Source: Candidatus Daviesbacteria bacterium (GTDB taxonomy: Bacteria; Patescibacteriota; Microgenomatia; Daviesbacterales; UBA10151). Taken from it: DNA of 64,000 nucleotides. Positions 26,419 to 37,591 of the stretch are shown here, piece by piece (within the stretch, counting starts at the first letter, position 1; every line of letters begins with the position of its first letter). The DNA lies in contig JACQIX010000010.1 in NCBI GenBank assembly GCA_016198275.1, forward strand, positions 172-64,171. Direction: 5' to 3'. The notes under the pieces are model-generated. The model saw nothing but the letters and a program-made list of their open reading frames with translations. It ran no database searches and was not told the origin of the DNA. A program made the position numbers and the translations under genes.

Positions 26419-29400
26419 ATGTCTATAGTATCAGTTAAATCAGATAATGAGCGTAAATATTGGAGTAAAACATCTGCTTTTGTCCCTGAACTTAATTTAA
26501 TCAAAATTCAACTTGACTCATATAATTGGTTTTTAAAAACAGGAATTACCGAAGTCCTTGAGGAAATTTCTCCTGTTGAGGATTTTACCGGAAAAAATTG
26601 GACCCTGAATCTGGGGTCTTTTTATTTCGGTAAACCTAAATATACCTCTGGGGAGGCCAGAGAAAAAGGTGTTACCTTTGACGCACCCTTAAAGATTGAA
26701 GCTACTTTGATTAATAAACAAACAGGTCAAAGATACAAACAAGATGTTTTTTTGGGTGATATTCCCCAAATGACTGATAAAGGCACTTTTATCATTAATG
26801 GAGTAGAACGGGTGATTATTAATCAGTTAGTCCGTTCTCCCGGAGTATTTTTTCAAGCTTCCGATGATCCGATTACCGGCAAAAGGTTATTTTCCGCAGA
26901 AATTCGTCCCTACCGAGGATCATGGCTGGAGTTTTCCATATCCAGAACAGGAGTCTTGACTGTGAAGATTGACAGAAAAAGAAAGTTTGCAGCAACTACC
27001 TTACTTCGTGCTTTAGGCTATTCAGATAATGAAACTATTCTGGCTCAATTTGGAGATATTGACAATGAGGAAAAGTATATTGAGGCAACATTAAGTAAAG
27101 ATTCGACTACCAATACAGAGGAGGCATTGCTGGAAATTTTTAGAAAAATGCGCCCTGGTGACCCGGTAGTTTTGGATAATGCCAAAAGCCTATTGGAAGG
27201 GATGTTTTTTAACGGACGGCGTTACAATTTAACCAAGGTAGGTAGGTTTAAGATTAATAAAAGGTTAAACCTTAATTTGCCGAATTTAGCCGAAAATTGG
27301 ATTCTGACTAACACTGATATTATTGCTACTTTAAAATACTTAATTAAATTAAGCGGTGGAGAAGGCAGGTTGGATGATATTGATCATCTGGCCAACAGGC
27401 GTGTTAGGTGCGCGGGAGAATTGGTTCAGCAAAATGCTTTCAGAATTGGGGTGCTGAGACTTGAGCGGATTATTAAAGAAAGGATGAGTTTAACAGCTGT
27501 TGACCAGGAAGTTTCACCGGGCGGCTTGATCAATGCCAAACCTGTGATTGCTGCCATTAATGAATTCTTTCGTTCATCGCAATTGTCCTCAATTTTGGAT
27601 CAGGTTAATCCTTTGTCAGAATTGGATCATTTAAGAAGATTGTCGGTGATGGGAGCAGGAGGCATCACCCGTGATAGAGCCTCATTTTCTGTTCGTGATA
27701 TTAATCATTCACAATACGGCAGGATTGATCCTATTAGATCACCTGAAGGTCAAAATATAGGACTGGTTACCTATTTGGCTCTTTATGCCCGCATTAATGA
27801 ATATGGGTTTTTGGAAACACCCTATAGAAAGGTAGTAACGCTAAAAGGAAAGCCGAAAGTGACGGATGAGATAGTATACTTATCAGCTGATGACGAAGAG
27901 GATTATCATATTACTGAGGCAACAGCCATATTGGATGATAAAGGATATATTTTGGGTGAACGCATACCAATCCGCCACAAAGGAAATTTTTTTGAAGGAT
28001 TATCTAAGGAAGTTTCGCTGATTGATATTTCTCCCCAGCAAATCTTTGGTATATCTGCTTCTTTGATCCCTTTTTTGGCAAATGATGATGCTAACCGGGC
28101 TTTGATGGGCACTCAAATGCAATGTCAGGCAGTGCCGCTACTTAAACCATCAGCCCCGATTGTAGGGACAGGCATGGAAAGGATTGTGGCAGACAATATG
28201 GGTAGAGTTGTGCGGGCAAGTGAAGATGGGGTAATCAAATACGCAGATGGGAAAAAAGTGGTCCTAAAAACTAACAAAGAGGAAATTAAATACGAAATCA
28301 ACAAATTTATTCACTCTCCTCAAGGCACCTGTTATTCACAGAGGCCGGTAGTTGAGGCAGGGATGAGGGTCAAAAAAGGAGATTTATTGATTGACGGTGC
28401 TGCTTGTGAAGGAGGAGAATTGGCTTTGGGACAAAACTTGCTGATTGCTTATATGAGTTTTGACGGTTTAGGTTATGAGGATGCTATTGTTATTTCAGAT
28501 CGTCTGGTAAAAGAGGATGTTTTAACCTCAATTCATATTGAGGAATATGAAGTTGATATGGTGGAAACAAAATTGGGGCCAGAGGAGTTAACCCGCGACA
28601 TCCCCAATGTTTCCGAAGATGCGCTGGCCAATTTAGATGATCAAGGAATTGTCAGAATTGGGGCAGAAGTTAGGCCAAGTGATATTTTGGTTGGTAAGGT
28701 TCAACCAAAGGGGGAGACCGAGTTAACTGCCGAGGAAAGGTTGTTACGGGCTATTTTTGGAGAAAAAGCTAAAGAAGTCAGAGACACCTCTTTGAGAATT
28801 CCGCATGGGGAGCGAGGAACAGTGATTGGGGTACAAATTCTTTCCCGAGACGGAGGCGACGAATTAGAAACAGGCACTTTGATGAGAATTAAGGTAAAAG
28901 TGGCGCAAATGAGGAAGGTTACCGAAGGTGATAAGTTGGCTGGCAGACATGGCAACAAAGGAGTAATTTCCAAAATTGTTCCTGTTTGTGATATGCCACA
29001 TTTGGAGGATGGGGAAGCAGTGGATATTATCATCTCCCCCCTATCAGTCTTGTCAAGAATGAATTTAGGGCAACTTTTGGAAACCCATTGGGGTCTAATA
29101 GGGGATACATTAGGCTACCGGATAGCTGCTCCTGTTTTTGAAAAGATTATGGAGGAAAAATTGATTGAGGAGTTCAAGAAAGCCAAGTTATCAACTGAAG
29201 GTAAAGTCAAGCTGATTGACGGAAGAACAGGTCAGGCATTTGAAAGAAGCATTGTAGTTGGTAAAAATTATATTCTTAAGTTAATCCACATGGTGGAAGA
29301 GAAAATTCATGCCCGCTCCACAGGACCATATTCTTTGGTTACCCAGCAGCCATTAGGCGGAAAAGCCCAAATGGGCGGACAAAGACTGGGAGAAATGGAA

Positions 29401-29769
29401 GTTTGGGCCTTGGAAGCATATGGAGCAGCTTATATTTTACAAGAAATGCTCACCATCAAATCCGATGATGTGGTGGGACGGGCTAAAGCTTTTGAGGCGA
29501 TTGTTAAAGGGATTGACATTCCCCAAGCTTTGATACCGGAAAGCTTTAAAGTTTTAGTCAAGGAGTTACAAGCTTTGGGACTTTCAGTTGAGACAATTGG
29601 AGCAAAGATTGTGCAAGCGCAAGAAGTTGAAGAAAAGGAAGAAGTTATAAAAGAGGTTGTTCAACTTCAGGAAGCTTTGGAGATGAATACTACTGCTCAA
29701 AAAGGTGAACTTGAGGCTGAATCCAGTCCGTTTGAGGTAATTGAAGGAGAGTCGAAGGAGGATAAGTAG
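26419..29769 (+). CDS. rpoB: RNA polymerase beta subunit
   Basis: GTFIINGVERV, GDKLAGRHGNKG, GGQRLGEMEVWALEAYG. Confidence 0.99.
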   Translation: MSIVSVKSDNERKYWSKTSAFVPELNLIKIQLDSYNWFLKTGITEVLEEISPVEDFTGKNWTLNLGSFYFGKPKYTSGEAREKGVTFDAPLKIEATLINKQTGQRYKQDVFLGDIPQMTDKGTFIINGVERVIINQLVRSPGVFFQASDDPITGKRLFSAEIRPYRGSWLEFSISRTGVLTVKIDRKRKFAATTLLRALGYSDNETILAQFGDIDNEEKYIEATLSKDSTTNTEEALLEIFRKMRPGDPVVLDNAKSLLEGMFFNGRRYNLTKVGRFKINKRLNLNLPNLAENWILTNTDIIATLKYLIKLSGGEGRLDDIDHLANRRVRCAGELVQQNAFRIGVLRLERIIKERMSLTAVDQEVSPGGLINAKPVIAAINEFFRSSQLSSILDQVNPLSELDHLRRLSVMGAGGITRDRASFSVRDINHSQYGRIDPIRSPEGQNIGLVTYLALYARINEYGFLETPYRKVVTLKGKPKVTDEIVYLSADDEEDYHITEATAILDDKGYILGERIPIRHKGNFFEGLSKEVSLIDISPQQIFGISASLIPFLANDDANRALMGTQMQCQAVPLLKPSAPIVGTGMERIVADNMGRVVRASEDGVIKYADGKKVVLKTNKEEIKYEINKFIHSPQGTCYSQRPVVEAGMRVKKGDLLIDGAACEGGELALGQNLLIAYMSFDGLGYEDAIVISDRLVKEDVLTSIHIEEYEVDMVETKLGPEELTRDIPNVSEDALANLDDQGIVRIGAEVRPSDILVGKVQPKGETELTAEERLLRAIFGEKAKEVRDTSLRIPHGERGTVIGVQILSRDGGDELETGTLMRIKVKVAQMRKVTEGDKLAGRHGNKGVISKIVPVCDMPHLEDGEAVDIIISPLSVLSRMNLGQLLETHWGLIGDTLGYRIAAPVFEKIMEEKLIEEFKKAKLSTEGKVKLIDGRTGQAFERSIVVGKNYILKLIHMVEEKIHARSTGPYSLVTQQPLGGKAQMGGQRLGEMEVWALEAYGAAYILQEMLTIKSDDVVGRAKAFEAIVKGIDIPQALIPESFKVLVKELQALGLSVETIGAKIVQAQEVEEKEEVIKEVVQLQEALEMNTTAQKGELEAESSPFEVIEGESKEDK

Positions 29770-29772
29770 CTT

Positions 29773-32700
29773 ATGAATGATTTATTAGATTTTGAAAGCT
29801 TAAGATTAACAGTGGCTTCGCCTGAACAAGTCCGCAGTTGGTCTTTCGGTGAAGTTACCAAACCGGAAACTATCAATTACCGAACATTAAAGGCTGAAAA
29901 AGACGGACTGTTTTCAGAAAATATTTTTGGCCCAACCAAGGATTATGAATGCTACTGCGGTAAATACAAAAGAATTAGATTTAGAGGGGTAATTTGTGAT
30001 AAATGCGGAGTAGAGGTGACACAATCCAAAGTCAGAAGAGAGAGGATGGGTCATATCAATTTGGCATCTCCGGTTGCTCATTCTTGGTTTGTCAAGGGTG
30101 CACCTTCCAAGCTATCGTTAATACTTGATATCTCGCCTAAAAACTTGGAGGCAGTGGTTTACTTTGCTTCATATCTGGTAATTAATATTAATTCAGCTGG
30201 TAAAACTGCAGCTTTGGAAAAATTGACCAAAGATTTAGAAGCTAAATTAGCCCAGTCAAAGGATACTCTGGAAAAGAATACCAGAATTTTAGAGAGCCAG
30301 TTCAAAAAAGACAGCACTGCTTTAAAGAAAAAACTGGATAAAGAAAAATTCGAATTAGAAGCTCAAGAGCAGGAGTTGAAAATGAGAGCAGAAGTGCAGA
30401 AACTAAGAAGTAATCATGCAGTTGAACTTGGTCAGTTAGAAAATATTTACAAAGCAGTTTCGGATCTGGTAAAAAGTGTAACTTTTTTAAAACTGTTATC
30501 TGAAGAGGAATATTTGAAACTATCAGAGTATGGGGTATCGGATTTTGTGGGAGTTGGAATGGGAGCGGAAGCACTATTGCAGGTCCTGGAAAAGATAGAT
30601 TTGGATAAGTTATCGGCAAACCTTCGAGAAGAGGTCAGAAAATCCAGCGGACAAAAACACATTAAAGCCACCAAAAGGCTGCGAATCGCTGAGGGGATGA
30701 GGTCAGCTGTAATTTCACCTTCCTGGTTAATCTTGTCAGTCTTGCCTGTTTTACCGCCGGATCTTCGTCCCATGGTTCAACTACCCGGAGGCAGGTTTGC
30801 CACCTCTGATTTAAATGATCTTTACAGAAGGGTGATTAATCGCAATAACCGTTTAAACAGGTTGATCAATTTAGGCGCCCCGGAAATAATTTTACGAAAC
30901 GAAAAGAGAATGCTGCAGGAAGCAGTTGACAGTTTAATTGATACCAATTCCCGTACTTCCAGGCGGGGAGGACCTGTTAGCGCCCATGTTCTTCGTTCTT
31001 TATCTGATATGTTGCGCGGCAAACAAGGCAGATTCAGGCAGAACCTTTTAGGTAAAAGAGTTGATTATTCCGGCAGATCTGTAATTGTGGTGGGGCCAAA
31101 GCTTAAACTGGATCAGGTAGGGTTGCCAAAAGAGATGGCTTTGGAAATGTTCAAACCTTTTGTTTTGCGTGAGATGATTGCCAGAGGCTTGGCTTCCAAT
31201 GTTAAAGGCGCCAAGAACGTATTAGAACTAAGGTCGGCTGGGGTTTGGGATATTTTAGAAGAAATTATCACCGGCCATCCAATTTTAATAAACCGAGCTC
31301 CAACTTTGCATAGATTGGGTATTCAGGCTTTCTTTCCGGTGTTAGTTGACGGCAATGCCATTCAGATCCATCCTTGTATTTGTGCCGGGTTTAATGCTGA
31401 TTTTGATGGTGATCAGATGGCGATTCATGTGCCGCTTTCTTCTAAGGCTCAAGATGAAGCTAAAGAGTTGATGATGGCCAAAGAAAATATTTTTGGTCCG
31501 GCCAATGCCCAACCAATCACTGTCCCCAATAGAGAAATGGCTTTGGGTTGTTACTACCTTACCGTCTTGGATGAAAGCAAAGATGAAGAACTTAAATTTT
31601 TTAGCCAAGAAGAAGATGTTATCAGAGCTTACTCTTTAGGCAAATTAGGTATCCAGCAAAAAATAAAAGTTAGAATCAAAAAAGAGACTATAGAAACTTC
31701 AGTAGGCAGGATTCTTTTTAACCAAGTCCTACCCCCCCAGTGGGGATTTATCAATTCAGTTATTAAAGGGTTTACCATTCGCGATATCATCCTTCGGGCC
31801 ATGGCAACTTTTTCTAAAGAAGAGGTAACTGAATTGATTGACCGTATTAAAGATATTGGTTTTTGGGGAGCCACAATTGCCGGGGTGTCAATTTCAATTT
31901 TTGATGCCAAAGTTGTACCTGATAAGCAGAAATATTTGGATTGGGCGGAAGCTGAGATTGAAAAAATAGAGGCTAATGTAGTCAAAGGGTTAATTACCCC
32001 CCAGGAAAAATCCCAACTGTCACAGATGGTTTGGATAAAAACCACGGAAGAACTGGCCAATGCTACCTGGGACTTTTTAGAAGCTGACAATCCTATCAGA
32101 ATGATGGTGGAAGCAGGTGCCAGGGGGAGTAGAGATCAGGCCAAGCAGCTTTCAGCCATGAGAGGGTTATCAACTGATCCGACAGGAAAAATTGTGGAGT
32201 TACCCACCAAGTCAAATTACCGTCAGGGTTTGTCTGTTTTTGAATACTTTACATCTGCCCGCGGAGCCAGAAAAGGAGTGGCAGATAAAGCCTTAAAAAC
32301 TGCTGACGCTGGCTACTTAACCAGAAGATTAGTAGATGTGGCGCACGATGCTATTATCAGAATGGAAGATTGTAAAACTCAAGATGCTTTAGAGTACGGT
32401 ATAGCAAAAAGTAATTTCAATACTGTCAGAGAAAAACTTCTGGGTAGGATTGTGGCAGAAAATATATTTGAACCCAAGACTAGGAAAGTTTTAGTTAAGG
32501 CAGGTACAGTATTAATAGAAGAAAGTATCAGCTTAATCTTAAAAAGCGCAGTAGTAAAAGTATCAGCCCGCTCTCCTTTAACTTGTAAGGCACCATACGG
32601 AATTTGTGCTGGTTGTTATGGTTTTGATTTGACTACCCGGGCTATTGTGAAAATCGGTACACCGGTTGGAGTGGTGGCTGCTCAGGCCATTGGTGAGCCT

Positions 32701-33465
32701 GGAACCCAGTTGACCATGCGTACTTTTCATACCGGCGGGATTGTAGGATTAGATATTACTCAAGGTTTACCACGGGTAGAAGAATTATATGAAGCCAGAA
32801 CTCCAAAAGTAGTTTCTCCCATGTCTGAAATTGCCGGAAAAGTTTCCATAATTGAAACTGAAAATGCGGGTATAAGAGTTCGGGTCAGAGCTACTCAAAA
32901 ACCTCATGATGAAAGAGAATACATTATCCCAGCCACCTCTACGTTACTGGTGGAGGATGGGTCTTTAATTGACGCCGGTACAATTTTGGCATCAGGTCAT
33001 GTGGATGTTAAAGAAATATTGAGAATTCAAGGTTTGAGTGCAGCCCAGCGTTATATAGTTGATGAAGCCAGGGCTGTTTATGAGTCTCAAGGCGTGCCGA
33101 TTAATGAAAAGCATTTTGAGGTGATTGTGAGAAAAATGTCAGATAAAGTCAGGGTGGAATCCCAAGGTGATACCAATCTTTTGCCAGGTGAGATTATTGA
33201 CGAATTAAGGTTTGAGGAAGAAAACAAAAGGGTGTTAGCAGGAGGAGGCGAGCCGGCCACAGCAGAAATGATCATACTGGGAATTACCAGAGCTTCTTTA
33301 CAAACAGAGAGTTTCCTTTCTGCTGCTTCATTTCAGGAAACTACCTCGGTTCTGTCAGACGCGGCAATTGCCGGAAAGCTTGATAAGCTGATTGGGCTTA
33401 AAGAAAATGTTATAATTGGTCGCTTGATACCAACTAGTTTGGAGCGGGCTAAAATTGAATTATAA
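29773..33465 (+). CDS. rpoC: RNA polymerase beta' subunit
   Basis: NADFDGD, GKRVDYSGRSV, GEPGTQLTMRTFH. Confidence 0.99.
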   Translation: MNDLLDFESLRLTVASPEQVRSWSFGEVTKPETINYRTLKAEKDGLFSENIFGPTKDYECYCGKYKRIRFRGVICDKCGVEVTQSKVRRERMGHINLASPVAHSWFVKGAPSKLSLILDISPKNLEAVVYFASYLVININSAGKTAALEKLTKDLEAKLAQSKDTLEKNTRILESQFKKDSTALKKKLDKEKFELEAQEQELKMRAEVQKLRSNHAVELGQLENIYKAVSDLVKSVTFLKLLSEEEYLKLSEYGVSDFVGVGMGAEALLQVLEKIDLDKLSANLREEVRKSSGQKHIKATKRLRIAEGMRSAVISPSWLILSVLPVLPPDLRPMVQLPGGRFATSDLNDLYRRVINRNNRLNRLINLGAPEIILRNEKRMLQEAVDSLIDTNSRTSRRGGPVSAHVLRSLSDMLRGKQGRFRQNLLGKRVDYSGRSVIVVGPKLKLDQVGLPKEMALEMFKPFVLREMIARGLASNVKGAKNVLELRSAGVWDILEEIITGHPILINRAPTLHRLGIQAFFPVLVDGNAIQIHPCICAGFNADFDGDQMAIHVPLSSKAQDEAKELMMAKENIFGPANAQPITVPNREMALGCYYLTVLDESKDEELKFFSQEEDVIRAYSLGKLGIQQKIKVRIKKETIETSVGRILFNQVLPPQWGFINSVIKGFTIRDIILRAMATFSKEEVTELIDRIKDIGFWGATIAGVSISIFDAKVVPDKQKYLDWAEAEIEKIEANVVKGLITPQEKSQLSQMVWIKTTEELANATWDFLEADNPIRMMVEAGARGSRDQAKQLSAMRGLSTDPTGKIVELPTKSNYRQGLSVFEYFTSARGARKGVADKALKTADAGYLTRRLVDVAHDAIIRMEDCKTQDALEYGIAKSNFNTVREKLLGRIVAENIFEPKTRKVLVKAGTVLIEESISLILKSAVVKVSARSPLTCKAPYGICAGCYGFDLTTRAIVKIGTPVGVVAAQAIGEPGTQLTMRTFHTGGIVGLDITQGLPRVEELYEARTPKVVSPMSEIAGKVSIIETENAGIRVRVRATQKPHDEREYIIPATSTLLVEDGSLIDAGTILASGHVDVKEILRIQGLSAAQRYIVDEARAVYESQGVPINEKHFEVIVRKMSDKVRVESQGDTNLLPGEIIDELRFEEENKRVLAGGGEPATAEMIILGITRASLQTESFLSAASFQETTSVLSDAAIAGKLDKLIGLKENVIIGRLIPTSLERAKIEL

Positions 33466-33477
33466 ACGATAGAACTT

Positions 33478-33939
33478 ATGCCAACTATTAATCAATTAAT
33501 TAGAAAAGGTAGAAAAAAGATGGTGAGAAAAATTAAAGCTACAGCTTTGCGACGTGGCTTTAATGCCAAAGACAGGCGTTACAGCCAAAATTTTAATCCG
33601 CAAAAGCGGGGGGTGGTGACTTTGGTCAAAACTATGACCCCCAAAAAACCGAATTCAGCTTTAAGAAAAGTAGCCAGAGTTAGGTTATCCAACCGGACAG
33701 AGGTGACAGCCTACATTCAGGGGGAAGGACATTCTTTAGCAGAACATGCCATTGTTTTAGTCCGTGGCGGCAGGGTTCAAGATTTACCGGGAGTAAAATA
33801 CCATTTGATCAGAGGTAAACTGGATTTAGGGGGTGTGGTTGGCAGAAAACGCGGCAGATCCAAATATGGAACAAAAAAGGGTGTTGGTGGAATTGCTCCA
33901 AGAGCTGCAGTGCCCCAACCAGCACCAGCAGCAGTCTAA
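33478..33939 (+). CDS. rpsL: 30S ribosomal protein S12
   Basis: [28 protein letters not shown]. Confidence 0.99.
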   Translation: MPTINQLIRKGRKKMVRKIKATALRRGFNAKDRRYSQNFNPQKRGVVTLVKTMTPKKPNSALRKVARVRLSNRTEVTAYIQGEGHSLAEHAIVLVRGGRVQDLPGVKYHLIRGKLDLGGVVGRKRGRSKYGTKKGVGGIAPRAAVPQPAPAAV

Positions 33940-33959
33940 TATGAGGAGGATTTAAAAAC

Positions 33960-34436
33960 GTGAGAAGTAAAAAGGCCGAAAAAAGATTATTACCACCAGA
34001 TCCTATCTATGGATCCAGGCTGGTAAGCAGATTTATTAATAAAATTATGGCTTCAGGTAAAAAAAGTGTGGCTCAAAGTTTGGTTTATCAGGCACTCATA
34101 AATATCAAAGACCGAACCAAGCAAGATCCAGTAGCTTTATTTGAAAAAGCCATCCAAAATGTAGCTCCAAAAATGGAAGTTAGGCCCAGAAGAGTAGGAG
34201 GAGCTTCATATCAAGTGCCTGTGGAAGTCAGAGGTGACAGAAAAGAAGCTTTAGCTATCAGGTGGATTCTTACTGGGGCAAAATCTAAACCAAACAAGCA
34301 GTACCATAGTTTCTCTGAAAAATTAGCAGTAGAATTGTTGGATGCTGCCAATAATACTGGGGTGGCTATTAAAAAGAAAGAGGATATTCAAAAACAAGCA
34401 GCTGCTAACAGGGCTTTTTCTCACTTCAGGTGGTAA
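33960..34436 (+). CDS. rpsG: 30S ribosomal protein S7
   Basis: RRVGGASYQVP, ANRAFSHFRW; GTG start after GAGGAGG. Confidence 0.99.
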   Translation: MRSKKAEKRLLPPDPIYGSRLVSRFINKIMASGKKSVAQSLVYQALINIKDRTKQDPVALFEKAIQNVAPKMEVRPRRVGGASYQVPVEVRGDRKEALAIRWILTGAKSKPNKQYHSFSEKLAVELLDAANNTGVAIKKKEDIQKQAAANRAFSHFRW

Positions 34437-34498
34437 ATAACACTTTCCTTTCAAATAGCGATAAGGCATTTTCTTGACTGAGGTGATAATATAAGTAT

Positions 34499-34699
34499 AT
34501 GTCTGTAGAAGATAAAGATATTAATCATTTGAAATACTTAGTAGGGGGGAGTTTTAGTGCACCTGGCGCTATAGATAGATTAGCAGCTCTGGTAAGAAAT
34601 CCAGATCCAGATTTATTACCCATTATGACTCGGAAGTTAACGAGAAGGCAGGATATGGATTCTCTAGAAAGGGGATTTAGAGGAAGAAAAAGGTTCTAG
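34499..34699 (+). CDS. Short hypothetical ORF (possibly a gene remnant)
   Basis: ATG just downstream of TGaTAATAT; no recognisable motif. Confidence 0.35.
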   Translation: MSVEDKDINHLKYLVGGSFSAPGAIDRLAALVRNPDPDLLPIMTRKLTRRQDMDSLERGFRGRKRF

Positions 34700-34742
34700 G
34701 TTATTTGACTTTTAGGATCAGATTATTTAATATCTACAATGT

Positions 34743-34770
34743 GCCTCCCGGAGCTTGAGGGAGGTTTTTT
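34743..34770 (+). terminator. Intrinsic terminator between rpsG and fusA
   Basis: GCCTCCC-ggagcttga-GGGAGG followed by six T. Confidence 0.7.
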
Positions 34771-34857
34771 ACGTTTTTACTGAAAGCAAAAAGGTAAGGT
34801 TCTGCGAGTGCGTGATACAATCTTTAAAATCACAACACGAAGCAGGTCCTTAATAAA

Positions 34858-35085
34858 ATGGATAAAAAATTGAGACAAGAAAAAATCAAAATGTGGAAAG
34901 ATAATTTAATTCAACTGGAAAAGGAGTTGGTTATAATTGCCGAAAAAAAAGGCGCTGCTGCAGCTGAAGGGGATCTTTCCGAGAATGCTGCTTATACCAT
35001 GGCAGTTGAAGATGCTGAGACTACCAGGGTGAGAATTAATGAGGTGAAAAAGATTATTCGGGATTTGGAGAAAGGAGATAATTAG
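34858..35085 (+). CDS. GreA N-terminal coiled-coil-only protein
   Basis: [13 protein letters not shown] tip motif in a 75-aa helical hairpin; no C-terminal domain. Confidence 0.8.
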   Translation: MDKKLRQEKIKMWKDNLIQLEKELVIIAEKKGAAAAEGDLSENAAYTMAVEDAETTRVRINEVKKIIRDLEKGDN

Positions 35086-35089
35086 AGAA

Positions 35090-37258
35090 ATGGCCGTAAC
35101 CAAAACTAAACGTGATTTTCCACTAGACAGGATTAGAAACATTGGCATTATTGCCCATATTGACGCTGGTAAAACAACCACTACCGAAAGAATATTATTC
35201 TACACAGGTAGAACCTACAAAATAGGGGATATTGATGAAGGTACTACCACCACAGATTGGATGGAGCAGGAAAAAGAAAGGGGTATTACCATTGTTTCTG
35301 CAGCCATTACCACTTTTTGGACAGTAAAAAGAAATGAAGGCTTGTTTAAGGATTTGGAAACCAGAATTAATTTAATTGATACCCCCGGCCATGTTGATTT
35401 TACCGCAGAAGTAGAAAGGTCTTTAAGGGTTTTGGATGGAGGAGTAATTGTATTAGATTCCTCCTCAGGAGTTCAGTCTCAAACAGAAACTGTTTGGAGA
35501 CAAGCTAATAAATATAATGTTCCCTTGATTGCTTTTGCTAATAAAATGGATGTGGTGGGAGCGGATTTCCATGGAACAATACAGTCAGCAAGAGATAGGC
35601 TTGGGGCTAATGCTTTAGCTTATAACCTACCAATTGGCAAGGAAAATGATTTCCGCGGAGTGGTGGACCTTATAACTAAAAAAGCTTATATTTGGCAGGG
35701 AGATCCCTCGGCTACTATCGGGATAAGTGAGACTGGAGCTAAGTTTGTAGAGGCGGAAATTCCTCAAGATATGGCAGCAGATGTGGAAAAATACCGGGAA
35801 AAATTGGTGGAGGAAATTTCCGGCACAGATGATTTGTTAATGGAAAAATACTTAGGTCAAGAGCAAATAAGCATAGAAGAACTCAAGAAAGCTTTAAGAA
35901 AAGCGGTGATTAATAATAAAATTGTGCCGGTTTTGGCAGGGTCATCATTGCGGAATAAAGGTGTGCAACCAATGCTGGACTCTGTGGTGGAATATTTGCC
36001 CTCACCCCAAGACATTACTTCTGTTTCCGCAATAGATCCGGAAACCGGAGAAGATGTAGAAAGAAAAGCAAATCCCCAAGCTCCTTTATCTGCTTTAGCA
36101 TTTAAAATTCAGGTCGATCCTCATGTAGGAAAACTGACTTATGTCAGGATTTATTCCGGTACCTTAAAGTCAGGTTCATATGTTTACAACTCTACCAAGC
36201 AGATTAAAGAGCGGGTGGGCAGATTGCTTTTAATGCACGCCAATGAACGGGAAGAAATTGAAACTGCTTTGTCTGGAGAAATCGTGGCAGCTGTAGGGTT
36301 GAAAGATACAGTCACTGGCAATACCCTTTGTGACGATAGCGCCCCTATTATTTTGGAATCAATCTCATTTCCGGATCCGGTAATTTCTTTGGCAATTGAA
36401 CCGAAAACCAAGTCCGACCAAGAAAAATTGGGTTATTGCTTGCAAAGACTCTCTGAGGAAGATCCAACTTTCAGGGTTAAGTCTGATCTGGAAACGGGAC
36501 AGACTATTATTGCCGGCATGGGTGAGTTGCAGCTGGAAATCTTGGTAGAGAGGATGCGCCGGGAGTTTAAGGTAGATGCCAATGTAGGTCAACCACAAGT
36601 TGCTTATAAAGAAACTATCACCAAACAAGCCATAGGAGAGGGTAAATATATCAGGCAGACCGGAGGTAGAGGTCAATACGGTCATTGTTTGCTTAGAATT
36701 GAGCCTCTGCCTAGGGGACAAGGCAGGGAATTTGTCTCAGAAGTGGTGGGAGGGGCTATACCCAGAGAATTTATCCCTCCTATTGAAAAAGGAGTGATTG
36801 AAAAAGAAGACACAGGTATTTTAGCAGGATATCCCCTGACTGATATAAAAGTGACTGTATATGATGGGTCATTTCATGATGTTGATTCATCTGAGATTGC
36901 TTTTAAAATTGCCGCTTCCTTAGGATTATCTGAAGCTTGTAAAAAAGCAGACATGATTTTGCTTGAGCCAATCATGAAAGTAGAGGTGACTACCCCGGAG
37001 GAGTTTTTGGGGGAGATTATTGGTGATTTATCTTCTAAAAGAGCTCAAATATTGTCTTCGGAGAGCAGGGGTAATGCCAGGGTGGTTTTGGCTTTGGTGC
37101 CTTTGGCCCAGATGCATGGGTATGCCACAGCTATCAGAAGTATGTCCCAAGGTCGGGCCACATATTACATGGAAGCAGACCATTATGAACCTGTTCCTGC
37201 AAACATTACCCAAAAAATTGTGGAATCCTCAGGATTTACAGGTAGGGTTGAACATTAA
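35090..37258 (+). CDS. fusA: Elongation factor G
   Basis: [47 protein letters not shown]. Confidence 0.99.
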   Translation: MAVTKTKRDFPLDRIRNIGIIAHIDAGKTTTTERILFYTGRTYKIGDIDEGTTTTDWMEQEKERGITIVSAAITTFWTVKRNEGLFKDLETRINLIDTPGHVDFTAEVERSLRVLDGGVIVLDSSSGVQSQTETVWRQANKYNVPLIAFANKMDVVGADFHGTIQSARDRLGANALAYNLPIGKENDFRGVVDLITKKAYIWQGDPSATIGISETGAKFVEAEIPQDMAADVEKYREKLVEEISGTDDLLMEKYLGQEQISIEELKKALRKAVINNKIVPVLAGSSLRNKGVQPMLDSVVEYLPSPQDITSVSAIDPETGEDVERKANPQAPLSALAFKIQVDPHVGKLTYVRIYSGTLKSGSYVYNSTKQIKERVGRLLLMHANEREEIETALSGEIVAAVGLKDTVTGNTLCDDSAPIILESISFPDPVISLAIEPKTKSDQEKLGYCLQRLSEEDPTFRVKSDLETGQTIIAGMGELQLEILVERMRREFKVDANVGQPQVAYKETITKQAIGEGKYIRQTGGRGQYGHCLLRIEPLPRGQGREFVSEVVGGAIPREFIPPIEKGVIEKEDTGILAGYPLTDIKVTVYDGSFHDVDSSEIAFKIAASLGLSEACKKADMILLEPIMKVEVTTPEEFLGEIIGDLSSKRAQILSSESRGNARVVLALVPLAQMHGYATAIRSMSQGRATYYMEADHYEPVPANITQKIVESSGFTGRVEH
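35703..35724. repeat. REP-like palindrome in-frame in fusA
   Basis: ATCCCTCGGCTACTATCGGGAT, encoding PSATIGI. Confidence 0.7.
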
Positions 37259-37276
37259 TTTGACAATTCCGGATTG

Positions 37277-37513
37277 TTAAGGAGTTTGGGGAACTTTTGC
37301 AGAGATTTTTCTCCTGAGTGTATGTTGACCTGGTCCATTTTCAGCTGGCTGATAAAATAAGGCTCCCTTAGCTAACTGAGGAAAGACTTCACGGGGATCT
37401 AGATAGAATCCTTTATTGCCTGCAAATCCCCCAACAATTTCTGAGTTAGTATCTATATCTGCGCTTCTTAGTTGCCAGTTGCTTTTAGAAGGAGTTTTCT
37501 GTTCTACTGTCAT
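37277..37513 (-). CDS. Small hypothetical protein
   Basis: 78-aa ORF with TGcTAACAT 9 nt upstream of ATG. Confidence 0.45.
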   Translation of the reverse strand: MTVEQKTPSKSNWQLRSADIDTNSEIVGGFAGNKGFYLDPREVFPQLAKGALFYQPAENGPGQHTLRRKISAKVPQTP

Positions 37514-37591
37514 AGTGATGGGATGTTAGCAAAATGTTGAGGTAAATTCAAGAATACTCTTTACACAGCAGATATAATATTTTCTGAAATT

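Noticed and set aside
34499-34798. Frameshifted or readthrough gene spanning the rpsG-greA spacer
   Set aside because: The downstream frame checked hits stops quickly, and no homologous motif is recognisable
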